Positions 60,201 through 64,000 of a stretch of 64,000 nucleotides of DNA are shown here, piece by piece. A model generated the notes under the pieces. It had not been told where the DNA came from and did no database searches. It was given only the letters and a program-made list of their open reading frames with translations. The translations under genes and the position numbers were made by a program. Origin of the DNA: a virus. Taxonomy: Duplodnaviria > Caudoviricetes. The stretch lies in the IMG/VR virus record IMGVR_UViG_3300012952_002053, positions 1-64,000 of that record. One strand, written 5' to 3'. How positions within the stretch are numbered: the first letter of the stretch is position 1; every line of letters begins with the position of its first letter.

Positions 60201-61241
60201 TCCTGCATCTAAGAAATTTTGTTTGTGATGCCAAAAGTTAATTCTACTCCAAACGTTATTGTCTTTAGAACCACGTTGCATAACAATATAGTCTGTGTTT
60301 TCTTGAGTGTTGTCACTGTCATATGGACCTATGTCAAAAGCACCTACGCCGCCAGCAACATATTTTAATGCTGTTCCTACTGTAGCAACATATCCATCCC
60401 ATAACGGTTTTCCAGTTGTAGCATCTACTTGGTCTGGTGTATAATCTGGTGTGGGCCATGTGCCGTCTGAAGAAACATAATTTTCTACACCAACTAATCC
60501 GCCACTTAAAAACTTTGTATCACTGATTAATGTATCATTGTTAGGATCTATAATTGTTTGGTCATAAGGAATATAATCTTCAGTACTGAAAACTGTTGCA
60601 AAGTTTTGTTCTTTATCATACAGAATGATACCTTCGCCTACACCTTCTACAACAAATCTTTTTTCATCTTTATATCTTGATGGTATTACATAGTCGCCAC
60701 TAAATGTAACAACCATACCATTTTTTAATGTTGTGCCTGACGGTGTCGTATAAGTCTTTTTACCTTCAATATCTTTTTCAATATTAATAGGATTTGTACT
60801 TGTTCCTGAAATTATTGTAGCCGTAGGTCCTGCAGGACTCCAAAAGTATTCTTGATAGTTAATAAACTTATCAATATTAATCGGAGGTAAAAATGTATAT
60901 GCTCTCGTATCAAAAATATTATTTTGATTTAATGTATCTACACCATAACTTTTTAATACATTGATGTAATCTTCATAAAACATCAAATTGGTGTTCACAC
61001 CTGTATCTTGGTCTATGCTGTTTACTACAGGTTCTAAACTGAATTTATCTCTGTCAGCAGTAGGTTGCAAAATATATGTGTCTGTTGCAGTAAATAGGTT
61101 TTCATCTTTTTTACCTATGTATGCAGAAACAGTTTCAATATTTGCTTTGCTAAACAGTTGCTCAACTGTGGTATCAAAAAAGTTTTTGATTACAGGAGTC
61201 TGATGCGTAACTGGTAACTTTGTATATTTTTTGTCAGCCAT
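42258..61241 (-). CDS. Giant 6327-aa baseplate/tail structural protein with accessory domains
   Basis: Uninterrupted ORF. N-terminal KLPVTHQTPVIKNFFDTTVEQL, a YHYH-family-like domain, GxGY..PxVxV motifs, two Calx-beta-like domains and a C-terminal VWINGERIEY..L.GITRGTKGT. Lies downstream of a baseplate-wedge-like gene. Confidence 0.8.
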   Translation of the reverse strand: MADKKYTKLPVTHQTPVIKNFFDTTVEQLFSKANIETVSAYIGKKDENLFTATDTYILQPTADRDKFSLEPVVNSIDQDTGVNTNLMFYEDYINVLKSYGVDTLNQNNIFDTRAYTFLPPINIDKFINYQEYFWSPAGPTATIISGTSTNPINIEKDIEGKKTYTTPSGTTLKNGMVVTFSGDYVIPSRYKDEKRFVVEGVGEGIILYDKEQNFATVFSTEDYIPYDQTIIDPNNDTLISDTKFLSGGLVGVENYVSSDGTWPTPDYTPDQVDATTGKPLWDGYVATVGTALKYVAGGVGAFDIGPYDSDNTQENTDYIVMQRGSKDNNVWSRINFWHHKQNFLDAGDQLPAKDKRAVRPIIEFDRDIELYNFGTTGKFAVEISAEGSSKAEVLGRPNGATIDDVTLQVGNFIMFPGEETNVAQHVYLIGTDGSDNVTLTRKPADNNPVGAVDGDSNFVAYTATLGDVVTVKFGARYTGIEYYWTGTDWTKGQQKSKINTPILFNLYDKNKVAVDSDSVYPSSTFVGNEIFGYTKATVNTTNDPVLGFALEYKNFNNFSEISFTNNLDDYYYSYVPFGGTTKKQITGYLYYKKNNQSGTTTYDTAWRPFKEDLKQKVEDRYVIKDEDVTNEKTLYHISAVPKNSDSSELGLVEKSIRVYVNGVRKTDFSYDANQIAVRFASFTFSKLDIIDIFTETVSGFFESTKTNGRYNVAKSWHSNLNNADLLTLSQPEYLEHFNNYVKDQEDITGDPLGGNNFDNITKDVKYADTLIQSDDDLQLSAFLFSNDKFNLKDSIDFCAEEYVKYKNRLKKEIVKYVDNNDYSNMSYGDILELVLENVISYNQGKNVFDNTFMAAFGDQYTEEKIVINNVLKKEYVLTNYLDLDKIENTIFVYDHDANNIEKLLCVDVDYSITSTNGVVTVTFDPSYTLTLGNTIKVRLYDVNRESCQTPPTPSALGLYPLYYPEIIDDTSFVESIKMVQGHDGSKSVAVGDVHDYILLEFEKRVYNSTLQQFRNNDSLPDLNVTDVRPGRFRNTGRTRDEFYGLLRNNFNFYITRNEVDFVKNEFYQANNLFTWNYNHGTDKPGHWRGIFESCYDTQRPHTHPWEMLGFIRKPTWWETQYGTDYSYPSNKVMWKDLEEGIIREGTRENVTNDRYKENNPYRRIGLKFEIPVDASGNLVAPANIISTTSTTKTISWVETTSGTGTASANTFIITDGLSVNEVGSNINITTNNIINHTTGTFPTTDNTNFIEDKELKYKVRLQADQYNPATGSYANATTTGSSAIGIAVNGALITNANTGVTHSDSTSWHYNALYRNDVSRDNAGGNPDSNNIYGYVQPTAKVTGVTDYSTTEHSPIIGWSFDGFPIYGPYSYEDRANASSSIVRIESGYSLKTVNRDTIATGPGGLPTGEFIEDYVYASNSHGLDQYNGRYGVTPEFPLGTYYYVATRNADTTPAYPYTVGTSFADTPIDVTTNNTGTTTLDTGTATYSLTSTLTTTFNANSSLTNKDWKYSDNAPVENAWKISEGYPFAVVQSLLLAKPGKFASVFADPRKIVRSSANTNQLLDKDTGRRIKGKNVAIHGEVNANEETVYTVGYTQFVDSFLKFQGLNTNKEFVKPFRSVNSKLGHKFAGYVDKDTMTVFSDSYSSTGNSSSLILPQEDIQVDVHVGPYSTTNDFTGVLITLTEDKKYKVEGYNSVKRFFEIEESNKVNGRLTEVSVGGEPADFTNFDNQANYQQGTIVKSGFNFFQALKFAAKGTGVTDTTTWQRLSTLPQVNAAEATLYLDGTGKTIRVEYGTVYDTANELFDFLISLGRKQAKMGYNFGEFNSEINDVNDWLYSGRQMLFWSIGNWSSGNTINLSPAAGGIKFTAPMGRVSKIIDVDQSQYSILDEEGKNIKATECEIIRDGQNLEIRPPEGKQIYGLILYTNEIEHAMVVSNKTIFGDTIYNDVLNQRQRRLKIKGKRTKNWNGTLTAEGYVITTDGLKPNFDTLAGDMGKYNEIGHVPVEKQVYEASRRQYGYNERKYLREFELTQDDQYDFYVGMIRSKGTKNSLEVLLNSDKVLVPGSVNVYDEWALKSGEFGDVENFQTIDMKITDSEITDEKQLIQIAYPEDIVSKVKEVEVLDRTTKFYQRPFLEIEPPPAEIPGSFEYGGGTTAQATVNIGTDGRISDVTVTEPGYGYTINPSVTVIAAQLLTANITTQFLKPYAVSTSNVDVSALANASNILITDHFSANTNTIIDLSNVSTTEDVANVINTTAGVNANIVASFTRTITGNAESFYLTIKGDDFTLAEEGAGNTLANVVNIESKRYQPRQRYSFETANSTSASDVVVTVDGNATTANTDWAFDPGSRTTIVTNSLLSGNVSQSFTFSPISVSDGETATDSIATDNLTIINGSYPHIDVEINGLKLPETSEEALYTITSNASANTSTINFLDVGAIPGAPIQPNSKIQIIERATIDLEDTYQGDLPGSSMNIKVFANDALAAKLEQMRTFEIYPDAKGDATLLIDVDDAERLPVRPTDMAEKGLWPKTSSVSYLGIVDSKYNTLPNAGYVSRYNVQYQAFDIFDFENLFDVTKLDSATQLPKEGNVVHFAKGEHEEFDVYRLSNTSSNVSYIEYDDSAGTTFLYTDNSLSNIILDGNELSNSSASYDHTKWYDYVLALKGKYIVDPYNKALKTMEGNPVYVTDQLEVDHPVTRFTSEEKVLDSYVEMGNITHTVPDVKSIESIVPQLSGNIVSTESVPVQNMKQFARANVVTTTSNISIFRNVDADPNTQIKFNNQLTFDIGNGEIEGVQIGDFLKFTDTNSSNLNGNVFQVATIKPEGKISLYANATVLNGMTSLISKDTLSFVNFGKNRFANANIDYSVQVFARGHEFRERENLVFNVDNLGGSAGTKFVVKEQRSPNTFFLDSAYYGTNTALNVITDTATLSHANTRIKITAVPNDISTMGGSFPLGESLFDGLSVKFFDTSGTELNNNSFLIRNVRTETTTIDQITDVVGNFANVTAPILKVVESSVSNSKVVPVKDTELEGQVTLLDPVSPGMYMWTDTLTDPVEVKEVRFDLSNVGNEPVRIIRDANATANVITISNTDGISVGDKVLVSGVIDPSSNITVASISGSNITLSENITSKTTILTPPSGTPEGTTIVNDDFSTFNINLANGISIRSDEALKFRHDGDGKVANVLLASNVTLDTNTRVDFTRAQYEIPEFNGPEFEREVVFFDIEPTTYTGSDLSEANLSYTINEGTKYTTDVDLSSVPVGTMVKINAGAVYDTYQRTLKVDASANTFTVLQTVLEEPKFDYIVNANVSSNTTITIRDTAEIIAPGMQVEGTGIPTNTKIANVIGPSAFTVTNNVTVSEDDVIQIYRTTFQDATFMTSNTVITTKEDHSFAIDGSDKLLGSNVQVYMMYPDYYNDSMKVVDIPTANTIVVDFPAFSHPHTVSGNTYISRFDYEIYGDEAPGVTGNVGWTPFFIANHLGNIQINGANVVTNAFPFHSVEQYANDIADQMYNKAAMISKKGSFAFDIPFIDVGMNMSYKIMDTGSTSYPGFDTFPMYKGTQIYDPTLGINTVAAAGPDFGQMQQAQIQQELQYMQNTSNGLMQQQMDMEAARQAQQNIIEDPPIIVCPPQKIVEEPQKPTLSPQQIAAQALLAQMDFQATNILPHQQEIVKPQAQVYVEQQGTQSGGGYSVGGPRNTGTGTEYGPGDQSYGSSEMVYNYETGQWDSVPSGSKWTQGDVEYTMMGDGTIHGSDGTIWGTTGTRIASDGLTGAGEGPGGDYGLTGLTEEGRKKADPQLRAKLALFNKNYTPGFGPNQDYSGLGGGGSGTGTSTTSLTSSAGGKDPYLTIQHADAACETLIPHTHDFKEISNVCVLDANGRNPEGKRHVTKQCMTHVNNKGNDSGCEHAASNGKVIFEETGVAECIQPYGGYTSAQFSASSVNEGASTVYTVKTDKHVRNGTKVQVNVSGTASLADSDLGTTTSFELTIQNQKATKTINFTADATTEGTETLIFTLAEYDSDNNPTGQRRAQLNINDTSLDPVPTYNNITISSNTLNENGGMVELQVTGEHLTNGATIVATVSGSGITRSDFTAGSDLNSSLQMTFTMSDQGGNVYVSDTKRIGAIADVTTEGNESLTVTLASTDSNGASAGLPNSVTATITDDSLSPVPPYECVDYFLYHRSGPDPETTSFLCTADTSKNHEMKFHFDMYSANDGMKIYQSHTKYGKTTLLGGTHSGGSARNMTAAEKNAFKKVILSANDANYQAGGDTFTDMGSPDSAGGRPYAGVIPVTYNAGNGRYLTVVTDRNTSSGSVVFRWWGAVCINQGENPWYFEKEGGHQGGHTTAKSQASFNVNPVVTTPAPSYNIGPITPIPLGIPNFGNVPMMPSNPIGLHINLGMAGYNSYGSYSQHGNGPGFGTKPSGSTVPSARVRKKTFAPDPGFARGSIVATPSDFSNMDYKGTKPLDGRPSFQNQLGGITDRADTPIPDNSAFNPESAPMKPRARTMKLKLLEKTKTGVYIPKIGGGSPVELEIPLEEYCIRPKVSFCASNEWINPQGVDGSGANSEGSLSIDHSQYKIREGDTFWVGTTQISTVGVGSATDMAAEIRKQMGDKVNVNVVTNDDGTKCVRVAFRDTSAGVPILRNGCKGGILKEVLDFTVNNKEDRSYSETTVTAGSRTNTQQTTTYVNADTDADANTADVEVGRVTTTATGTDFITNTITAEDRRNRDAPTTISVGHNGSGYAVGDILRAVGGTAVSRQSMPTQTIAGLKLVRGGSGYGYWNNEVGEFRFDPTTVKITVGGPGTPGYGFEPDLFGLDVDPITGALTCNYDPIFGTGGRGLPAIPGLTGEKYVKNDPPVINITGTGIGARFEIEWGLGGSASKKEEVAVYKVTSVGDEGQIRALKILNRGLYETFPGDLNSGIPLEYHTAKTGPGPDGKPVTASIGSTPTGSTGSGKGGRVFMTARLIGDCRQKGSALQDMGLAEGPVGKGGLPEHIIDFINDNSTLDPNGNPYFRAGLDNNGGLPKIRIGSDSGDGVELSGGRPGDLESFNIDPGAYIPEIPPHVNLVDGSPASGDGTGGTGGPDRGKGIRFSSRHPFGIHGDIGDYIMQNGLYKYELRRLDGNSPIQMTAQNVNAIHVDALALESVRHATETGLDMANISNVWIDNYAGTGKWAYLESNTIIRQQEDLVNTRFIRDVFTYDNETAEKEFDIDLYDPFKGILPGFIDKEIDLKTLRDPIVYDGRKTRYGRKQVGLRWWDTTNVRYEWYEQGSGNYGANGFNNYERTINWGNMFPGSQINIYEWVESLTPPSSYTLGTPHPDGNFIVESHPDKTGKPLTHYYFWATELNEISDRARINYGKERNTRDITRLLQNIDGERVAYTGIISPDALVVNTLGDLIKTEDSILSVNFKRKETEASQKHTSWNLAGENDIDGAIPRNLSIKLIDSLAGYNAIQQIVPGTGLSLSERFGSKFRPRQTMFKDIKKARKQMFSVMNEIFRDLKMETSFIDWKDNLPTGYTLLQDTNWYEKQRVNKIDNSTVYYDNTFKPLRKVTDTKQFGLLENVLDKSIIQVQKNDSERYRLYEYDKKTNTFNLIAMENETVKWIEGVHKDSQTLLRGMEIRNILIALYEKVFTNTYEVHWNKFFFEMLKYAYAEQGELDWAFKTTYLKVVKEETDLIPFKGFKVDNFDKAIDYFNEVKPYSSKIRNYSDIKKAPVEILSGSTSDFDRPPYYDEDNYSVRILNAGVAADNTILNSNKDYAGFISNSDKIRTFDQRIIFDRVKGDMYENTSGGSTQQIIADGTSTIFNFNFTVEDENRLEVFVNGEKISKTSDSGNVTNYTVDVGNSFISFTDTANTNNRIGVPNNGDKIEFKYIDGFDPTLETMNVSIAKNLVAIESNSNINISNVELKWTAPERLWKFDPDVRTAITNAFDTAYGVGSGSNTTITTNVSIMTNMVADGNLKSALDLIKSKVHATFQGETLDANVFTDVVPGTHPSNFYTDTRGFDTYGWDDGLFDRETEVDNFVGIFSETASGNVNYRVNDETVYGFDATTFLKHRYGPDRPEELAVVQPLETLTMDVYTKGNTQISSDSTDVRYLVFLDIFGQSEYYRRTINALTTTTADVNIWDNEISVADASKLPRASIQDTAVVWINGERIEYELRDTVNNKLKGITRGTKGTTPNTVITSGEGIFNGEESENIRLRDANGNLLRDPEDFNWIKPVEIFDDTIPFDDDWDGSGALTGFQNNVMTTAGIVGDLPYDVDAGNVTFGFDSSWDGVGSFKPTSGGVENYTLPSFDVDENTGWDSGDKTLKEAGSLTDKGTVLQANTSIIDFLHNFD

Positions 61242-61246
61242 TAGTC

Positions 61247-64000
61247 TTAATATCCACTACCGCCGCCTCCGCCACCGGATCCGCTACCGCCTGATCCGGA
61301 AGAGCCGCTTGTTGCACTTGTACCTGAAATAGTATTATTGGTTACATCTGAAGTTGAGGTTGTTGAACTTGGAGTTGTACCTGTTTCTTCTGTGTAGTTT
61401 CCATGGAAGAAAGTAATACCATTTGGCATATAAAACGTTTTCCCAAAGAAGTCATGTTCGTGACTGGTTCCATTACCTGCAAAGTCCGCCGCTTCTTTTG
61501 TTGGATATAATGGATAGTATCCATTAATTGCAAAAGGTCCAACTTCTGCTGTTGGGTTTTTATACGATGTAAATGTAGGTGTTGCTGAGTTAGGTTTAAT
61601 ATTCTCTTTTGTAATTTTATCTACAATGTCAATATCAGTAACTGATGCTGTACTTAAGAATAATTCATCACTATCACATTTAACTTGGAATAAATCTCCG
61701 AATACTCCGTTTGCTTTTTTAGGAACAATAACTATACTTCCTATTGTGTTTCCTATTTCCTGATGTATATAACTACTGAGTTCTGTGAAGTAAAAAGTAT
61801 CACCGAACTCCCAATTTTCAATGTTAAAATATTTATTAATTGCTTTAACAATATTTGTTTTGATTTCGTTATCGCTTATGCTTGTACCTGGCAGTCTTAC
61901 AACTTTAAATCTTGCTTGTAATTCTGCAGGTGCATCATCACCGAATAACAATTTAAATCTACCACTTTTAAATAACAGTTGGTCACTTGCTGATTTAAAA
62001 GTTTCTAAATTTTGAAATTCTGTTTCAAGTTCTAGTGTACTTGGTTCTTCTGGGAACGGTGTACCTGGAACATTAAGATATGCTTTTACTTGGTCATAGT
62101 ATGAACTTGTAAGTACGAACATTTCATGTACATTACTAATACTAGGATCAATACGTTGGTCATTGTTTGCAATGTGAGTCCACTTAAACAATACATTATC
62201 TACTTTATCTTCTTTTGTATTCTGTGTAAAACTCTTACCAATTTTTGCTCTGTGTGTTGAACTCTCATAGTGGTTCACTACGTTTAAATTTGTACTACTA
62301 TAGGACATTAGATATACTTTGCCTGTATCTGCCGCATAAACTTTTTTATTGTGCAACTTACCAGCAACGTTGTCGAAGCCGCCATTAGCACCTATAACAC
62401 TTTCAGTTTTAACTAAAAAGTATTCGTAATCAGCAACATTATAATATGTACCAGTTAATGCACTTGCATCACCTGTTGAGTTTCCTGCAATTCTATCATA
62501 TGTGCCACTAAAGTTTACACCGTCTTCTCTTCTTAAATCCAATATACCTGCTTTAACAGGTTTTGTATATGTGTATCCATCGAAACTATTAAAGTCTTCA
62601 AATAATACAATATCTTGAGGACCAACAAAATCATTAAATTGTGTTGGATTGTCTGGGCTGTCATCATTTGTTGAATTAAATGGAGTTACTTGTACTTTTC
62701 TTGCATCAGTATGTCCGTCTGCGTATGTAAAGTTTTTCACTGCCGCCCATGTAATAGACTTGTCTAATTTATCTTTTGCTCTAATATAATTGATGTTTAA
62801 AACATCTTTACTTGATAGTCCACTACTATCAATTGCATAGTGTCTGTTAGTATCAAAGTTTGTTACAACTAATGTACCTGTTCCTGCAGATACATTTGCA
62901 TTAGCAACATAAATGTGTCCGCCTTGCATGTTTGATACATTACCAACGTCATTATAAACAGTATTATTATGCTTGTAACTAATATGTCCATTTGCATTCA
63001 TTATGCTATGACCAAATGTACTAGAAGTAAAGTCAACATTTAAACTGTCAGGTAAACTGTGAATTTGACCTGTGTTGTTTGAAATTGTAACGTTGATATT
63101 ACTTGTTAAATCTGAGGTGTCAAAGTTTGTTCCTAATGCAATATTATAATTGTTTACAAAACTATTACCTGTAGAATCTCCATTTTTAAATAGTCCAAAG
63201 TTAGTTGTAACATCTATTTCAACTTGGTCAAAACGTATGTTTCTAGTTTTCAAAGGAATATCTGTGAATGTAACACCATCACCTGTAGAGTACCACTTGT
63301 CTCCAATAAAGTCTGGAGTTGTTGAAGTATCTCTCCATTCGAATGTTTCTACACTACTTCCTTTTGTATTAAGTGTTGGTAATTCTAAAGTATCATATTT
63401 TGCTCTACCTGTAAAACTATCTACTATTCTGTTTTCATTAATGTTGTAAAATCTTACATCTTCAAAACTTTCGAAAATGTATCTTGTACCACGCAATTCG
63501 ACATTATATCTGTAAGACAATGTATCAATTGATTCATATACAAATTTAATGATCCAACTTCTGTCCCTTTGATTACCTGATGTATCTTTTGCGTTACCTG
63601 TATCAAATGTACTTTTTAAATCTATATTATTGTTGTTGATTACATAAAACAAATCTGCTGTTGCGTCATAACCTAAACCAAAAGTTTTCTTACTGTCAAT
63701 TGCGGCTTTAATTCTTGCTTGTTCAACTTCATAAAATCTAGTTCTTAATGTTGTAATAATTTCTTTACCTAGCCAACCGTCTTTTACATTCTCACTTAAT
63801 CTAAAAGGCCCATTTGCAGTTGTACTTGAACTTACACGTCTGCCGTTGTCTCTGATAGAAACAATTTTTACCCATTGTTGTATGGTTATGTCGTTAGGGT
63901 CTACAAATTTTATTAAGTGACCTGGTTGTATTAATGCTAGGTTACTATTTGCTATATTAACATCACTAACAGTTCCTACGTTAGTAAATGTTTCTGTTAA
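61247..64000 (-). CDS. Baseplate wedge subunit (T4 gp6-like), 5'-truncated by the window
   Basis: The frame stays open from 64000 (LTETFTNVG...ADLFYV, hand-translated). RIDPSISNVHEMFVLT and INKYFNIENWEFGDTFYFTELSSYIH are typical of the C-terminus of large-myovirus wedge proteins. Confidence 0.7.
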   Translation of the reverse strand, partial: LTETFTNVGTVSDVNIANSNLALIQPGHLIKFVDPNDITIQQWVKIVSIRDNGRRVSSSTTANGPFRLSENVKDGWLGKEIITTLRTRFYEVEQARIKAAIDSKKTFGLGYDATADLFYVINNNNIDLKSTFDTGNAKDTSGNQRDRSWIIKFVYESIDTLSYRYNVELRGTRYIFESFEDVRFYNINENRIVDSFTGRAKYDTLELPTLNTKGSSVETFEWRDTSTTPDFIGDKWYSTGDGVTFTDIPLKTRNIRFDQVEIDVTTNFGLFKNGDSTGNSFVNNYNIALGTNFDTSDLTSNINVTISNNTGQIHSLPDSLNVDFTSSTFGHSIMNANGHISYKHNNTVYNDVGNVSNMQGGHIYVANANVSAGTGTLVVTNFDTNRHYAIDSSGLSSKDVLNINYIRAKDKLDKSITWAAVKNFTYADGHTDARKVQVTPFNSTNDDSPDNPTQFNDFVGPQDIVLFEDFNSFDGYTYTKPVKAGILDLRREDGVNFSGTYDRIAGNSTGDASALTGTYYNVADYEYFLVKTESVIGANGGFDNVAGKLHNKKVYAADTGKVYLMSYSSTNLNVVNHYESSTHRAKIGKSFTQNTKEDKVDNVLFKWTHIANNDQRIDPSISNVHEMFVLTSSYYDQVKAYLNVPGTPFPEEPSTLELETEFQNLETFKSASDQLLFKSGRFKLLFGDDAPAELQARFKVVRLPGTSISDNEIKTNIVKAINKYFNIENWEFGDTFYFTELSSYIHQEIGNTIGSIVIVPKKANGVFGDLFQVKCDSDELFLSTASVTDIDIVDKITKENIKPNSATPTFTSYKNPTAEVGPFAINGYYPLYPTKEAADFAGNGTSHEHDFFGKTFYMPNGITFFHGNYTEETGTTPSSTTSTSDVTNNTISGTSATSGSSGSGGSGSGGGGGGSGY

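Noticed and set aside
61247-61330. CCG/CCA-rich tandem repeat as a microsatellite or contingency locus
   Set aside because: An imperfect in-frame Gly/Ser codon run at a protein C-terminus, with no homopolymer or phase-variation signature.
1-64000. Stop-codon reassignment (recoded phage)
   Set aside because: Genes are full length in code 11, and TAA, TAG and TGA all occur as real stops at coupled gene junctions.

Overview
This is a 64-kb segment of a large, AT-rich, T4-like (jumbo) bacterial myovirus, probably aquatic or marine. Positions 1-1350 hold three small + strand ORFs, a ~380-nt structured non-coding gap and an array of T(A/T)ACGCA repeats. Everything from 64000 down to 1352 is on the - strand in tightly coupled operons. 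The structural block (64000-38536) has a baseplate-wedge-like gene truncated by the window edge, a 6327-aa baseplate/tail protein, a conserved virion protein, a tail-fibre protein with a C-terminal peptidase-G2-like chaperone and a Ser/Thr-rich virion protein, followed by an intrinsic terminator. Next comes a ~37-kb enzyme region (38469-1352) in three units, each headed by a T4-late-like (G/A)ATAAATA box. It encodes eight N-terminal-twitch radical SAM paralogues and about eight glycosyltransferase-like genes, one being a 1316-aa protein built from 12 tandem GT-like units. It also encodes a UDP-sugar dehydrogenase, HAD-type phosphomannomutase, SDR, APS kinase-nucleotidyltransferase fusion, sulfotransferase-like protein, NodU/CmcH carbamoyltransferase, SGNH protein, two methyltransferases, PLP enzyme, 2OG-Fe(II) oxygenase, cupin, fatty-acid desaturase, SCP2 protein, alternative oxidase and a rubredoxin missed by the ORF track. 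My best inference is a late-expressed phage pathway that builds and heavily tailors a glycan or glycolipid, possibly to decorate the virion. Its product is unknown. All family calls come from motifs read by eye, with no database search run. No tRNA, rRNA, CRISPR array or mobile element was recognised.
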